DNA from: Candidatus Poseidoniales archaeon
GTDB lineage: Archaea; Thermoplasmatota; Poseidoniia; Poseidoniales; Poseidoniaceae
Length of the DNA stretch: 64,000 bases
Reading direction: 5' to 3'
Assembly: GCA_003602575.1 (NCBI GenBank)
Contig: QQRY01000055.1
Span: forward strand, 10,395-74,394
In this document: positions 37,639 to 47,800 of the stretch, in pieces
How the letters are laid out: every line of letters begins with the position of its first letter
Position numbering within the stretch: the stretch's first letter is position 1
Notes under the pieces: generated by a model
Told to the model about the DNA's origin: nothing
What the model saw: only the letters and a program-made list of their open reading frames with translations
Databases searched by the model: none
Program-made: the position numbers and the translations under genes

Positions 37639-39816
37639 TCAAGCGCCTAAGATTGCTTCTACCAAATCTTTCTTGGTTCCAGATGATGAAACTCCCAAGG
37701 ATTCTGCTAATTCTACAAGTTCTGCTTTCTTCATCTTGTTCAATTCTGCTTCAGAAGGTGTTGAGGATGCTTCTTCTGAATCATCTACTTCTTCTACTTC
37801 TTCTGCTTCTTCTGCAGGCAATAATTGTGCACCTATTCTAGCTAGAGATATGTCTAATTCTGGGAGATTTATTTTTCCATCGCCGTTAAGGTCAATTGCA
37901 GCAACTAGGCCATCGATTTCCCATGGTGGGAAGTCGCCAACATCACTATTCTTGAGCGCTTGTTGGAATTCAAAACTATCTATTTCTCCAGACGAGTCCA
38001 AGTCTATTGAGCCGAAGAATTCGAATACTGTTTGCCCGCTAGATTTGAGATAATCGAGAAGCATTACCAATTCTTTTGCTGGCCCTTTGCTCTCAACTTC
38101 CTCTTCGTCTTCTTGTGATTCTTCTTCGGGGAATTCGGTAATCTCGTCATTGTGTAATTCCGCGTTAACTGCGATAATGGTAGTCCCGCCATCGCTTTCT
38201 TCAGATTCTCCTACAATGATTTTGGTTGTAACACCGACTCCTCTTCCGAGTAATTGTTGAATTGTAGTGACTCCACCTGAAAGCGTGTAGGTGTCTATGT
38301 CGGTTACTTCTTGTCCAACTTCCACCATCTTGCTGGATGAATTTCCTGTTCTAATCAGTACAAGTATAGACATAATCGAGGCAATTGGTACTAAGTAGAA
38401 TAATGCAGATGCTGTAAGGTAAAATCCGCTAGATGATGCTACAACATCTTCGACTGCTGATTCATTTACTGCGATTTCGGTAAATCCACCAATCATCATT
38501 GTAATAGTAGAGGATATTCCTCCAAACAGAATAAACCATACCGCTAAGTTAGCCTTTGGGGAATCTGCTAAATTATTGCCTGATGCAAGAGGATAGGATG
38601 CAAAAATTGTTGAAACCATCATTAAACCACCGACTGTAAACATGAAACTATTGTCAAGCATTTCCGCCATATCTCCCATTTTTGCTGTGTCAGTAAATGT
38701 GTCCATACTGGTGAAATAGCCTCCAACTGCAAATAATGGAAGTGCGAACATGGCTAAAGTTGCAGCTAACGCGCCTGGATTCTTCAAAATGGCTGATGAA
38801 TTGGTTGCTGCTGTTGCTAGCAGATTTACGACTGTAGCAAGGATTGGAATTAGTGAAAAGGTCAGTAATAATGCTCCAATATTAGTCAAAATACCACTTG
38901 CTCCAACGGACCCTACAAAGAACGGAGGGACTGTGATAAACAGTAGAATCATACCGGCATTAAGTAGTGAACCCGACCAAATCGGTGTTTGGGTTGTATA
39001 TGGGATGATGTGGTATGCAACTGCAAATATCAGTGCTAAAGGAACCCAACCATTGAGAATTTGTTCAGCCATCCAAACTGTTTGGGTCGAGTCGAGAAAC
39101 TCTCCAAGAAGATAGAAGGTCGAAGCGACTAGTTTTGCTACCAAGGCCATTATAAAGAACCAAGCTGACACTGAGGTAGTACCATCTTTACGCATGGAAT
39201 AAGTTGCTAATGCATTGATTAGAACTGCTGTGAAAAGCATAGTTGTAACTCCATAATTAATTATCATCGAAACAAAATCAAGCCTAGATGCTTCATCTGT
39301 AATGTCGATAAATGAGAATATGATTGGAATCAATATCAAATTCAGAGATAGTACTGCAGTATATATGACTGCAACCATTGATGCGCTGGCCTCGCTTGCC
39401 AATCGATTATTTGCTGAGCGAGATATTGCAACAAATGCTCCACCGACCATCAAGTAAAGAAAAGCAACCTTTAGAGTTGCCAGTGTGAACTCTTGTAATG
39501 CTGAGCCATCATCATATGACCAGCCAATGCTTGCAAGGGAGTCAAGAGCGGTTGGATCATACTTATGCCATATTGCTAAAAATCCTGAGATTGTGGCTAA
39601 TAAAAACCATCCTGAACCAAATTTCATCCATGTACGGCTTCCACTTCCTGGTCTATCGCTGAATAAATCAACCAAGCCAACAGGCGCTTTATTCATCAAG
39701 AATAAGGAAAATTGACGCAAAGGCTCGCCCATTGTCCCTACGCCATTTGTCGTGAAATATGATGCGGCCATTAGTGAGATTACAACTACTGTTGCTGAGA
39801 TAAAGACTGTTTCCAT
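37639..39816 (-). CDS. Polytopic membrane protein (about 13 TM helices) fused to an acidic linker, two canonical EF-hands and a SAP/HeH (Rho-N-like) C-terminal motif
   Basis: EF loops DLDSSGEIDSFE and DLNGDGKINLPE both fit DxDxxGxIxxxE. The terminal LNKMKKAELVELAESLGVSSSGTKKDLVEAILGA fits the helix-extended-helix SAP/Rho_N pattern. The ATG is preceded by AGGAGGTG, which overlaps the upstream stop codon. Confidence 0.75.
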   Translation of the reverse strand: METVFISATVVVISLMAASYFTTNGVGTMGEPLRQFSLFLMNKAPVGLVDLFSDRPGSGSRTWMKFGSGWFLLATISGFLAIWHKYDPTALDSLASIGWSYDDGSALQEFTLATLKVAFLYLMVGGAFVAISRSANNRLASEASASMVAVIYTAVLSLNLILIPIIFSFIDITDEASRLDFVSMIINYGVTTMLFTAVLINALATYSMRKDGTTSVSAWFFIMALVAKLVASTFYLLGEFLDSTQTVWMAEQILNGWVPLALIFAVAYHIIPYTTQTPIWSGSLLNAGMILLFITVPPFFVGSVGASGILTNIGALLLTFSLIPILATVVNLLATAATNSSAILKNPGALAATLAMFALPLFAVGGYFTSMDTFTDTAKMGDMAEMLDNSFMFTVGGLMMVSTIFASYPLASGNNLADSPKANLAVWFILFGGISSTITMMIGGFTEIAVNESAVEDVVASSSGFYLTASALFYLVPIASIMSILVLIRTGNSSSKMVEVGQEVTDIDTYTLSGGVTTIQQLLGRGVGVTTKIIVGESEESDGGTTIIAVNAELHNDEITEFPEEESQEDEEEVESKGPAKELVMLLDYLKSSGQTVFEFFGSIDLDSSGEIDSFEFQQALKNSDVGDFPPWEIDGLVAAIDLNGDGKINLPELDISLARIGAQLLPAEEAEEVEEVDDSEEASSTPSEAELNKMKKAELVELAESLGVSSSGTKKDLVEAILGA

Positions 39817-39828
39817 TCATCACACCTC

Positions 39829-40164
39829 CTATTCGACTATTACCTCTCCAATGAAGGAGGCTACAATTGTTCCAATACCAATTAAAAAGCCAATCAGGTA
39901 ATACCAAATTCCACTGCCGCCAAGATTGCCGATGAAGGGCACTATATCGCCAATAATTGGCATTGAGTCCCAACCAAAAACATTAGCGAATAAGGCGAAT
40001 AGGCCAATAATTCCTACGAACATGAGAGTCAAAACAACCCTTCCAAAGGCTGGTTGTCCAGTTCCTACTGTTGTATCTGGTAAAATCGCATTGTTTGACA
40101 TATCTTCACCCATGACCCCGTAGGGGTCAATCCGTCCACTGGAAGGGCAGTCATAAAGATTCAC
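39829..40164 (-). CDS. Small membrane protein (2-3 TM helices), translationally coupled to the EF-hand membrane protein
   Basis: Hydrophobic segments VVLTLMFVGIIGLFALFANVF and IWYYLIGFLIGIGTIVASFIG. The ORF-track start is GTG, with internal Met alternatives. Confidence 0.5.
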   Translation of the reverse strand: MNLYDCPSSGRIDPYGVMGEDMSNNAILPDTTVGTGQPAFGRVVLTLMFVGIIGLFALFANVFGWDSMPIIGDIVPFIGNLGGSGIWYYLIGFLIGIGTIVASFIGEVIVE

Positions 40165-40187
40165 TAAAATCCGACTTCAAAAATGGC

Positions 40188-41354
40188 CTAAAAAGAGCGC
40201 AATCTGTTGAGCAAATTGCCTCGTCTCGGTTTTGAAATTCCAAGAGGAACTGGTAAATCGGATTCTAATGCTAATTCCTCTCGCCAGACAGCTTGACATT
40301 CGCACTCTAGTCCGTCAAATTCTGTCAAATCTCCAGAGACTGCATAATTCTCGATTGCTGTAATAACTTGACTATCACAAGATCCGCAATTATGTGCCCC
40401 CCTAATTTTACCACCTGCAGTTGGGTGGATTATCAATCTAGAGATTTGGTCTGCATCACCATTAACTCCTCCTTTTGGATGAATTAAAGGATGTGCTCGG
40501 CGTATCATTTCCACTAAAGACCAAAGCCATGGCGGCCTATACTCGTTATTTCTATGTAGTCTATCGATTACTGTTCCCCTTTGGATATTCATTGGATTTA
40601 CTGATATTTCATCACTTTTTTCTGCTACAGCAGAGATCCATTTGACTCCGTGTTCAAGTGCATCGTTCTCACTCATGAAAGGTGGTTTAAACATAAGATA
40701 TGTCTTGATCCTCAGATTAAATTTTTGCAGATTCGCAACTGCTCTATCCCATGATTTGGTAGTAAATCCTTTGTTGACATGGAAACGTAATACTTCATCA
40801 TCATAAGCTTCAAGCCCAATCGCAACAGAAAAATTATCATTTATTGAAGTCGCCCAAGCGAGTTTCTTTTCAGTCAATTGCTCACATCTACTTTCAACGA
40901 TTAATTCTTTGCCCATCTCATTGCAGTCTCTAAGAACTGTCTCTTGAAAATCAACCGGAATTTCTCTATCTTCTAACAGAGACCCTGAAGTATATACTTT
41001 TACCATTTGATGGTCTTTGAAATCGTCAAAGTCCGCTTTGGCTTTATTCCATTGTGCGTGTAGATTATCGCTGGTTACGTCGTCTCTTGTATCATTAAAA
41101 TAACCACAGAAAGTGCAACCGCTAGACCACCACCAATGGCAGCCCTTGGTACGTAAAATTACAGTTATTGCAGTACAAGGTGTTCCATCGGATAATGTTT
41201 CAGGAGTATAATAAACAGTTGCTGGCTCATTACCATCCCAAGATTGTTGTTTAGCCTTAGCCCATGGAGTATTTGCAGGCGCTTTGACTAAGTCGTGAAT
41301 ACGAGCGCCTTTACCGCCCTCGCCGACCAATGTCAATGATTTGGGTGCTACCAT
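40188..41354 (-). CDS. Radical SAM-like protein (TIGR01210 / RaSEA-like family, tentative)
   Basis: Cys cluster GCHWWWSSGCTFCGYFND (C-x7-C-x2-C) near the N-terminus, followed by a TIM-barrel-like alternation. Strong Shine-Dalgarno AAGGAGGA before the ATG. The family assignment is from memory of the motif context. Confidence 0.6.
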   Translation of the reverse strand: MVAPKSLTLVGEGGKGARIHDLVKAPANTPWAKAKQQSWDGNEPATVYYTPETLSDGTPCTAITVILRTKGCHWWWSSGCTFCGYFNDTRDDVTSDNLHAQWNKAKADFDDFKDHQMVKVYTSGSLLEDREIPVDFQETVLRDCNEMGKELIVESRCEQLTEKKLAWATSINDNFSVAIGLEAYDDEVLRFHVNKGFTTKSWDRAVANLQKFNLRIKTYLMFKPPFMSENDALEHGVKWISAVAEKSDEISVNPMNIQRGTVIDRLHRNNEYRPPWLWSLVEMIRRAHPLIHPKGGVNGDADQISRLIIHPTAGGKIRGAHNCGSCDSQVITAIENYAVSGDLTEFDGLECECQAVWREELALESDLPVPLGISKPRRGNLLNRLRSF

Positions 41355-41409
41355 AGAATTCCTCCTTATCTCGCGTACTAGGTATCGTGTTTCAAACCAC
41401 CGATTAGTT

Positions 41410-42261
41410 TCATTGTTTGATTGGCTTGAAAATTATTGTTGAACCAGCTTGAACAAATTGTCCTTTAGGGAATTGAGAGTTTTTATCCTCTGCAGATATA
41501 ACTGCTGGTTTGTACTTATTTGCTGGAACTCTAACATCAACTCGAGAACCGAGTCTAATCATTCCATAACGTTGCCCTCTTCTTACCTTGGAATCAATCG
41601 AAAGCCACGGAACAATTGTACGTGCTAATGCTCCTGAAATTTGACAAACTTCGATTCTTGTTTGGTCTTCCGCCAAAAATACTGTTCTAACTCTCTCGTT
41701 ATTTTCGCTTTCTTTCTTCATCGCAGGAAGAAATGGTCCTCTCTTACGGCCTTTTCCAACTCTATGTTCCATTCTCTCAATTGTAGATTCAAATGGTGCA
41801 CGATTGACGTGGACGTCAAGAGGCGACATGAAAATTGCAATTCTCCACACATCTAAGTCGGATTCTTCGCCCTCTTTTACAGCCTCAAATCGCTGTTCAG
41901 TAGAAAATTTTAGAGTTTCTTCTAGTGGTTCGGGATACCAGGTTCCTGTTTGAGGGTCTTCCTCAATCGTTGAGTCGGACATTTCCTTTGAAGATGGTCG
42001 CCGACCAGTTGCCCTCTCTCTTTTTGCAAACATAACATGCCCATCAGCAGGAGAGACTAGAACTCCTTCATCTGAAGGAATCGCTCTATCCGGGTCTCTC
42101 CAGAAATTAACAAAAAATGCTGAAATCATCCAACATAATATTCCAAATAAGTGAACTAGGCCATTTAGTGAATCGATTGTAACTCCGATAATGATAGCAC
42201 TTGTCCCCATCATAAAAGTAATCAAAACCGGGGCGTGACCGCCTCGGGCCAATCCACCCAT
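41410..42261 (-). CDS. Phosphatidylserine (archaetidylserine) decarboxylase proenzyme, short type with an internal insertion
   Basis: Contains FWRDPDRAIP, LVSPADGHV, FMSPLDVHVNRAP and a self-cleavage-region-like LGSRVDV. There are N-terminal TM helices. About 40 extra hydrophilic residues sit between the SPADG and DVHVNR blocks. Confidence 0.75.
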   Translation of the reverse strand: MGGLARGGHAPVLITFMMGTSAIIIGVTIDSLNGLVHLFGILCWMISAFFVNFWRDPDRAIPSDEGVLVSPADGHVMFAKRERATGRRPSSKEMSDSTIEEDPQTGTWYPEPLEETLKFSTEQRFEAVKEGEESDLDVWRIAIFMSPLDVHVNRAPFESTIERMEHRVGKGRKRGPFLPAMKKESENNERVRTVFLAEDQTRIEVCQISGALARTIVPWLSIDSKVRRGQRYGMIRLGSRVDVRVPANKYKPAVISAEDKNSQFPKGQFVQAGSTIIFKPIKQ

Positions 42262-42269
42262 TCAATCAC

Positions 42270-43082
42270 CTAGTTGTCTGCCCATGGGTCGGAGTCATCT
42301 CCCCAAGTAGGCGCTGGAGTTTCTGTTTTCGGTTCTTCAGAGGGTGTCTCTTCTGGTGCCTCTTCAGCTACTTCTTCAACTGCTTCAACCGCTTCTTCGG
42401 CAGCAGCCTCGATTGCTTCATCAACTGCTTCTTCGTTGTAATCTTTATCTTCATCAGCCTTGACTTTCTCAACAGATGCATTTGCTGCTTCAGCCTCTTC
42501 GATGGTCATTTCAGCGGCTCTAGCACTTACCATTTCTTCCATACGCTCGTCAAATGCACGAGCCATATGTTGAGATTTCCTTTCTGCTTCAACTGCCTTC
42601 TCAATCATCTCATAGCGTTCTTTAATCGCCTTGTTTAAGTCTTCAAACAGCGACATGTGAGCAACATACCAGTCATCTCTTGCCTTCATTTCAGAGACTG
42701 CCAATTTTAGATCGTCATCTAATTCAGTGGCAATATTGAATATTTTACCCAGTCGATCTTTTTCTCGTGAGTACTTTTCTTCCATCTTCTCCAGTTCTGG
42801 TTCAAGATGCTCAACCTTCTTCGAAGCCTTGACTGCTCTAAGTTCAAGTTCTCTAATTCTAACTTCTTTTTCTGAAAGAAGCGCTTCTTGAGTCTCCTTT
42901 TCGATTTCTCTCTCAATAATTTCTTTCTCGAGTACTTCAATTTCAGCACGTGAATCCATCAAGTCTTTTTCTTGACCTTCATATGCAGCGAATAACTTCT
43001 GAACACGCTCGGTTTCTGTCGCTAATGCTTCTTCTAGTGCTTGAATCCTTACTTCAGGTGTAATGGTTCCTTCTTCGGTCAT
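42270..43082 (-). CDS. Coiled-coil protein with a highly acidic Ala/Glu-rich C-terminal tail
   Basis: 270 aa with heptad-like E/K/L-rich sequence throughout. The tail is EAVDEAIEAAAEEAVEAVEEVAEEAPEE...DPWADN. Shine-Dalgarno GGTGAGGAA precedes the ATG. Confidence 0.6.
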   Translation of the reverse strand: MTEEGTITPEVRIQALEEALATETERVQKLFAAYEGQEKDLMDSRAEIEVLEKEIIEREIEKETQEALLSEKEVRIRELELRAVKASKKVEHLEPELEKMEEKYSREKDRLGKIFNIATELDDDLKLAVSEMKARDDWYVAHMSLFEDLNKAIKERYEMIEKAVEAERKSQHMARAFDERMEEMVSARAAEMTIEEAEAANASVEKVKADEDKDYNEEAVDEAIEAAAEEAVEAVEEVAEEAPEETPSEEPKTETPAPTWGDDSDPWADN

Positions 43083-43179
43083 TTCCTCACCCGGAGGCTT
43101 GCCTCCACATTAGTCCACTCGCATTGAGCATATCAAGCCGACGCTTAATTAGGTCAGTAAATAGGTAAACTGAAGTAAA

Positions 43180-44139
43180 TTATACAGAATCAGTAAAATT
43201 AACTAATTCCTTTGCAATACCAACTTCTCCCATAGAATGTCCTGAGTCAGGGATTATACTTAGTTCACTATTTGGTAGAGCTTTATGTAATTCCCAAGCG
43301 CTTCTTGTAGGGCAAACCACATCATACCTCCCTTGAACAATAAATGTCGGAATGTGTTGGATTTTATCGACATTGTTCAAAATATGTGCTTCTTCGACAA
43401 AAATTGCATTGATGAAGTAATGACATTCAATCCTGGCAAAGGCAACTGCAAAGTCTAAATCTTCTGCCTTTTCTAAATATTCAGTATCGGGAATTAAGCG
43501 GCTAGTAGCCATTTCCCAGCGCGTCCACTCCTTAGCAGCAGCCCTTCTAATCTCTACATCTTCACTTGTCAAGCGACGATGGTATGCCTCGATTAGATTT
43601 TCTTGCTCTTGTTTAGGAATATGGCCTCTATAGGAATCAAAAGCATCAGGGAATATGTGGCTGGCTCCTTCTTGATAAAACCAATGAAGTTCACTTTTCC
43701 TACACATGAAAATTCCTCTAAGAATCAAACTTTGTGCTCTATCTGGATGGTTTTGAGCATAAATTAACGCTAATGTTGAGCCCCATGAACCACCAAATAC
43801 GTGCCAAGTATCGATTCCCAAAAATTCTCTTAAGGCTTCTATGTCCCCAACCGAACTATGAGTGTTGTTATCTTCTAATTCGGCATATGGTTTTGATTTC
43901 CCACACCCTCTTTGGTCGAATTGAATAATATCGAATTTTTCAGGATTAAAATATTGACGATAAGAGGGTTGACTACCTCCACCCGGTCCGCCGTGTATCA
44001 CTATCACAGGCTGCCCTTGTGGATTTCCGCATCGCTCCCATGCTATGGTGTGCAAGGGAGATACCTGTAGATTACCGGTTGAATGTGGTTCGATTTCAGG
44101 ATACAAAACGTCACTTAACGATGAAGACTGAGTGGACAT
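43180..44139 (-). CDS. pip: Proline iminopeptidase (prolyl aminopeptidase, alpha/beta hydrolase)
   Basis: Oxyanion-region HGGPGGG and nucleophile elbow GGSWGSTLAL. The C-terminal IPDSGHS carries the catalytic His. The 319-aa length is typical. Confidence 0.9.
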   Translation of the reverse strand: MSTQSSSLSDVLYPEIEPHSTGNLQVSPLHTIAWERCGNPQGQPVIVIHGGPGGGSQPSYRQYFNPEKFDIIQFDQRGCGKSKPYAELEDNNTHSSVGDIEALREFLGIDTWHVFGGSWGSTLALIYAQNHPDRAQSLILRGIFMCRKSELHWFYQEGASHIFPDAFDSYRGHIPKQEQENLIEAYHRRLTSEDVEIRRAAAKEWTRWEMATSRLIPDTEYLEKAEDLDFAVAFARIECHYFINAIFVEEAHILNNVDKIQHIPTFIVQGRYDVVCPTRSAWELHKALPNSELSIIPDSGHSMGEVGIAKELVNFTDSV

Positions 44140-44225
44140 ATTTGCCGGACATTGAGATATCCCTTGTTCCTTTCGATACTTGTATAATCACACGCTTTAT
44201 TGAATATCGACTCTCGCACAAGACC

Positions 44226-44849
44226 ATGGCGATTAGAAAAGCAACTGATGTCTTCCATGATTGGGCTTTGGCAGGAAAAGACAAAGGTATGGAAAAGGGA
44301 CATTCTAGTGCAGTTGGAGAGATGCTTGGTTTTATCTTCCAACATGTAGAGAAAAAACAAGAAAAGTTCTCTGCTATTGATGTAGGGTGTGGCAATGGAT
44401 GGGTTGTACGCTTATTGAAAGAACATCCTCTTTGTTCTTCTGCTGAAGGTATCGACGGTGCTGAGGCAATGATTGCGAAGGCTAAACAAATAGACATTGA
44501 AGGTGATTATTCAGTACGTCAATTACCGGAATATGCACCTTCAAAGCGTTATGACATCATACACTCGATGGAATTTCTATACTATCTTGAAGACCCCAAA
44601 TCAATGCTAAAGTTGTTTTACGATAATTGGGTTGCTAAAGACGGTTGGTTAGTTGTTGGAATAGATCATTATCTTGAACATGAAGAAAGTCTAAGCTGGC
44701 CAGAACATGTCGGAGTGCACATGACTACGTTAAGCAGACAAGAGTGGAAAGATGCTTGGCATGATGCCGGATTTACCAATATTTCTAGTTGGCAAGCCGG
44801 TGAAAAAGATTCAGTAACATTGGTTATTGCTGGACAAAAAGTGGACTAG
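44226..44849 (+). CDS. SAM-dependent methyltransferase (class I)
   Basis: Motif I AIDVGCGNGWVVRLL. The ATG at 44226 removes the ORF-track N-terminus that overlaps pip on the other strand. Confidence 0.75.
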   Translation: MAIRKATDVFHDWALAGKDKGMEKGHSSAVGEMLGFIFQHVEKKQEKFSAIDVGCGNGWVVRLLKEHPLCSSAEGIDGAEAMIAKAKQIDIEGDYSVRQLPEYAPSKRYDIIHSMEFLYYLEDPKSMLKLFYDNWVAKDGWLVVGIDHYLEHEESLSWPEHVGVHMTTLSRQEWKDAWHDAGFTNISSWQAGEKDSVTLVIAGQKVD

Positions 44850-47800
44850 TCTTCTGGGTCTTTTTTCGGCCCGCATAACTTGATATCCCCGCGATTAAAT
44901 GGACATTTCATACATGAAATCTTATCTGCACCTTGTAGCCTTTCAGGCTCTGGAACGGATTCTGGCTCAGCGGCTAATTGTGCAATCCAATCCAAATGAT
45001 TTTGCAAATCGTTCTTGGCATCTAGATACTGTTTTTCTGTTAACTCTACACTTCGACCAGAAGCCCCAATTAGTATCGATGGTGGTAGTATTTTACGTCT
45101 TTCTTCTACCGGTTTATCTGACTCTATTGCTTCTAAAGCCATTGAATAGAGTGTCAGTTGAAGTCTATGTTCATGAAGAATTTCTTTCTCTGCTTCGGTT
45201 TGAGGGTAAATATCCAATAAATCTCCTTTGACAATTTGAAGAGGAGCGCCTGCATTAGCATCTATTGGATTGAAGTTTGATCTACAATCGGTAGTTTTCA
45301 AATCTGAAATCTGTAAGTAGCCCTGTCCATCGGTGTCTCGGAATGCTAAAACCAAATCTGCTCGGCCATCAAATGAAATTTCTACTTGCCCAACATTTGC
45401 AATTTTACTTGGGCCATCTATAGTGAATCCCATACGATAAACGTCATTCATTTTTACTATATTTTGATAGAAAAATGGCAGTTCAGTCCTCAAACCTTCT
45501 GGTATTCTATTATGGTGCTTTTCACCTTGAGCATAGCGACCAATTAGACCTTTGTCAACTAATTTAGATAAATGTGTTAAGCGGTGTTTTAGTAATGATG
45601 TTCTTTTGTTCTCCCTACTAGTTCCTGAGTTGGTAAAGCCTTCTTCTAATAGTACTTCTTCTACAGTTTTTTCATCACCCAATCGATTGTCATTTTTATG
45701 TTTCCAACTCTCTGGAAGAGGTAATGTTGGTGGTGAATTTACTTGGGAGGGGTTCTTGAGGCCGACTTCTAATAGACGATGCATGATTGTACCAAATAAG
45801 GTCGGACTAGCAAACTTTTCACTGTCATCTCTAACAATATCATTGGTGTTTCTCAAGTAAAATGGTTCAGGGATCCATCCTTTAATTTCAGTAAGCCAAT
45901 GACGACGCGGACATTGGAAGGTAGAGTCAAGGCCGTGAGCACTCATCCTAATTCCGTGTTGTACAATCAAATTTGTACTATCTTTCGCTTCCATTATAGG
46001 GGGGTTTCCAATTAGTGCAGATGCTATTTTCTCGATATTCTTCCAACTATTCAATGGGGTTTGTTCAGAGATTGTATCGAAGCATTCAGGAGAATGATAA
46101 ATCCTAATCGATTCGATATTTTTTCCACCAAACATCGAGTTCTTGAACAGTGAGTAGGGATTTATGCTTACATTGGTCTCACTATAAGATTCTAAAGGCT
46201 TATTGAAATCATCATTTGGTAAAAGCCACGGCGAATCTTCGACTTTATTCTTGTAAGATAAGCTTCTTAGCCCATCCATCCACATTGCACCCATGGTTTT
46301 CATCGATGGTTTGCTCTTGAAAAATAGATTATTGGTTGATTCTTCCAGACTAGAGGTTGTATTGGGGCTACCGACCACAATTAATCGATCTTTCACCCTA
46401 GTCAATGCGACATAAAATTCTCTTCTTCTCTCGGCTTGTCTTTGTGCTCCATCCATATTCTTAGCAAATTCCCAAAGACCGTCGTATGGTCTATCACGTG
46501 ACGCCCAAGGGTTGATTCGCCCAGATACAATTTCGGGAGTTACTAGAACATTATTTCTTGCTGCTAAAGATGAGTCTGATTTACCTGCATGGAACATTCC
46601 TGCTACAACTACTACCTTAGATTGTAAACCTTTAGCGCCGTGTATTGTCATAATTCTTACAGCGCCACCCGAAGGGATTGTTATCGCTTGTGGGCCTTTA
46701 TTGCCCAAGCCTTGTAAGGATTTTAGATGTGAATAAATCTCAGTTGGCTCATGCCCATATTCGCTTCCAATATTGTAAACCAATCCGCACCATAATTCTG
46801 CATTTTGTCTCGATGTATCATCGGGATAGGCAATCAATAAATCTGAATGGTCCAATACTATGTCTAAAACCTGATGTAGTGCTCCTTTAGTAACCAAACT
46901 AGCAATATGCTTTACAAGAGTTTTAGAGCGCTTTGTAGGTGCATTCTCATGAAGTACAGGCCACCAATTATCAGCAGTATTTTTACTAGAGAATATATCG
47001 TGAATCTGCCCGTCGCTTAAGCCCAATATCGGTGAGCGTGCAAATGAAACCGCAGCAAATTTAGAACTAGGGTAAGCGACTAAGTGAAGAACTGCCATCA
47101 AGGTTCTAACTACGGGACGTTGTAGCAACTCGCCCTGTCTATCTGAAATAACTGGTATGCCTTTCAATTCCAGCCTCTGCAATAAATCCGGAATGTGTTT
47201 TCTGGAATGTACCAAAATTGTGATGTCTTTGGGTTGAATATTTGATGACTCGCAGTCGATTTCAGTAAATGAGGATGAGTTACTATCCCATAGTTTGGTA
47301 TTTCTATTGGCAAGGAGGCTATGAAGCCTTAAGGCGATTAATTCATGCTCTAGATGAATATTCTTAGCATTAGGATTAGCAAATACTGGACTGATTGAAT
47401 TTAAGTCAAGTGACGGAATCTTTGTCACGGTTTGAAGTGGAATTAACCATTCTAATACACCTAAATTTTGATCATCGCGTGCAGGTTTCAATTCTTGTGC
47501 TTCAGCGTGCCAATCACCCGGTAAAGTGTAGTGCCTACTATCAAAAACATCATCAAAAATTCCATTCATTGTACGCATCAGATTATGCAATGTTCGATGA
47601 TTTGATGTAAGATCAATATGGCCGTGGATTCTTCGATTTAATCTTTCAGGAGAAACTTGAACATAGGTCTTTTTGCCCTTAGGAGAATCTTCAAATTCTG
47701 CACAAACATGATCCCATGGTTTGGATTCTTGCTTCGGACCGGTTGATGAATGTTGATTGGAAAAAGAACCTATTTCACCTCCAGCGCCAACAGGTCTCGG

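Noticed and set aside
37629-37841. 70-aa Leu-rich plus-strand ORF (LLLLLLLLL run)
   Set aside because: It is the antisense reading of the GAA/GAG-rich acidic tail of the EF-hand membrane protein, so it is a low-complexity artefact.
38300-39816. TM domain of the EF-hand protein as a heme-copper oxidase / NorB-like subunit I
   Set aside because: It has a similar number of helices and a WHKYDP-type loop. However, only a couple of histidines are present, far fewer than the six metal and heme ligands required.
42719-42949. 76-aa Lys/Arg-rich alternative-frame ORF inside the coiled-coil gene (same strand)
   Set aside because: It is a frame-shifted reading of an AAG/GAA-rich coiled-coil sequence. 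It has no independent start signal and is most likely an artefact.
42270-43082. Coiled-coil protein as a PspA/Vipp1/ESCRT-III-like membrane-remodelling factor
   Set aside because: Only the size and the coiled-coil character match. The characteristic N-terminal amphipathic helix and conserved PspA blocks are not visible by eye. It is left as a generic coiled-coil protein.
44019-44225. N-terminal extension of the methyltransferase ORF overlapping the pip gene on the other strand
   Set aside because: It overlaps the conserved 5' end of pip. The methyltransferase fold starts after the ATG at 44226, which leaves a normal 86-nt divergent spacer.
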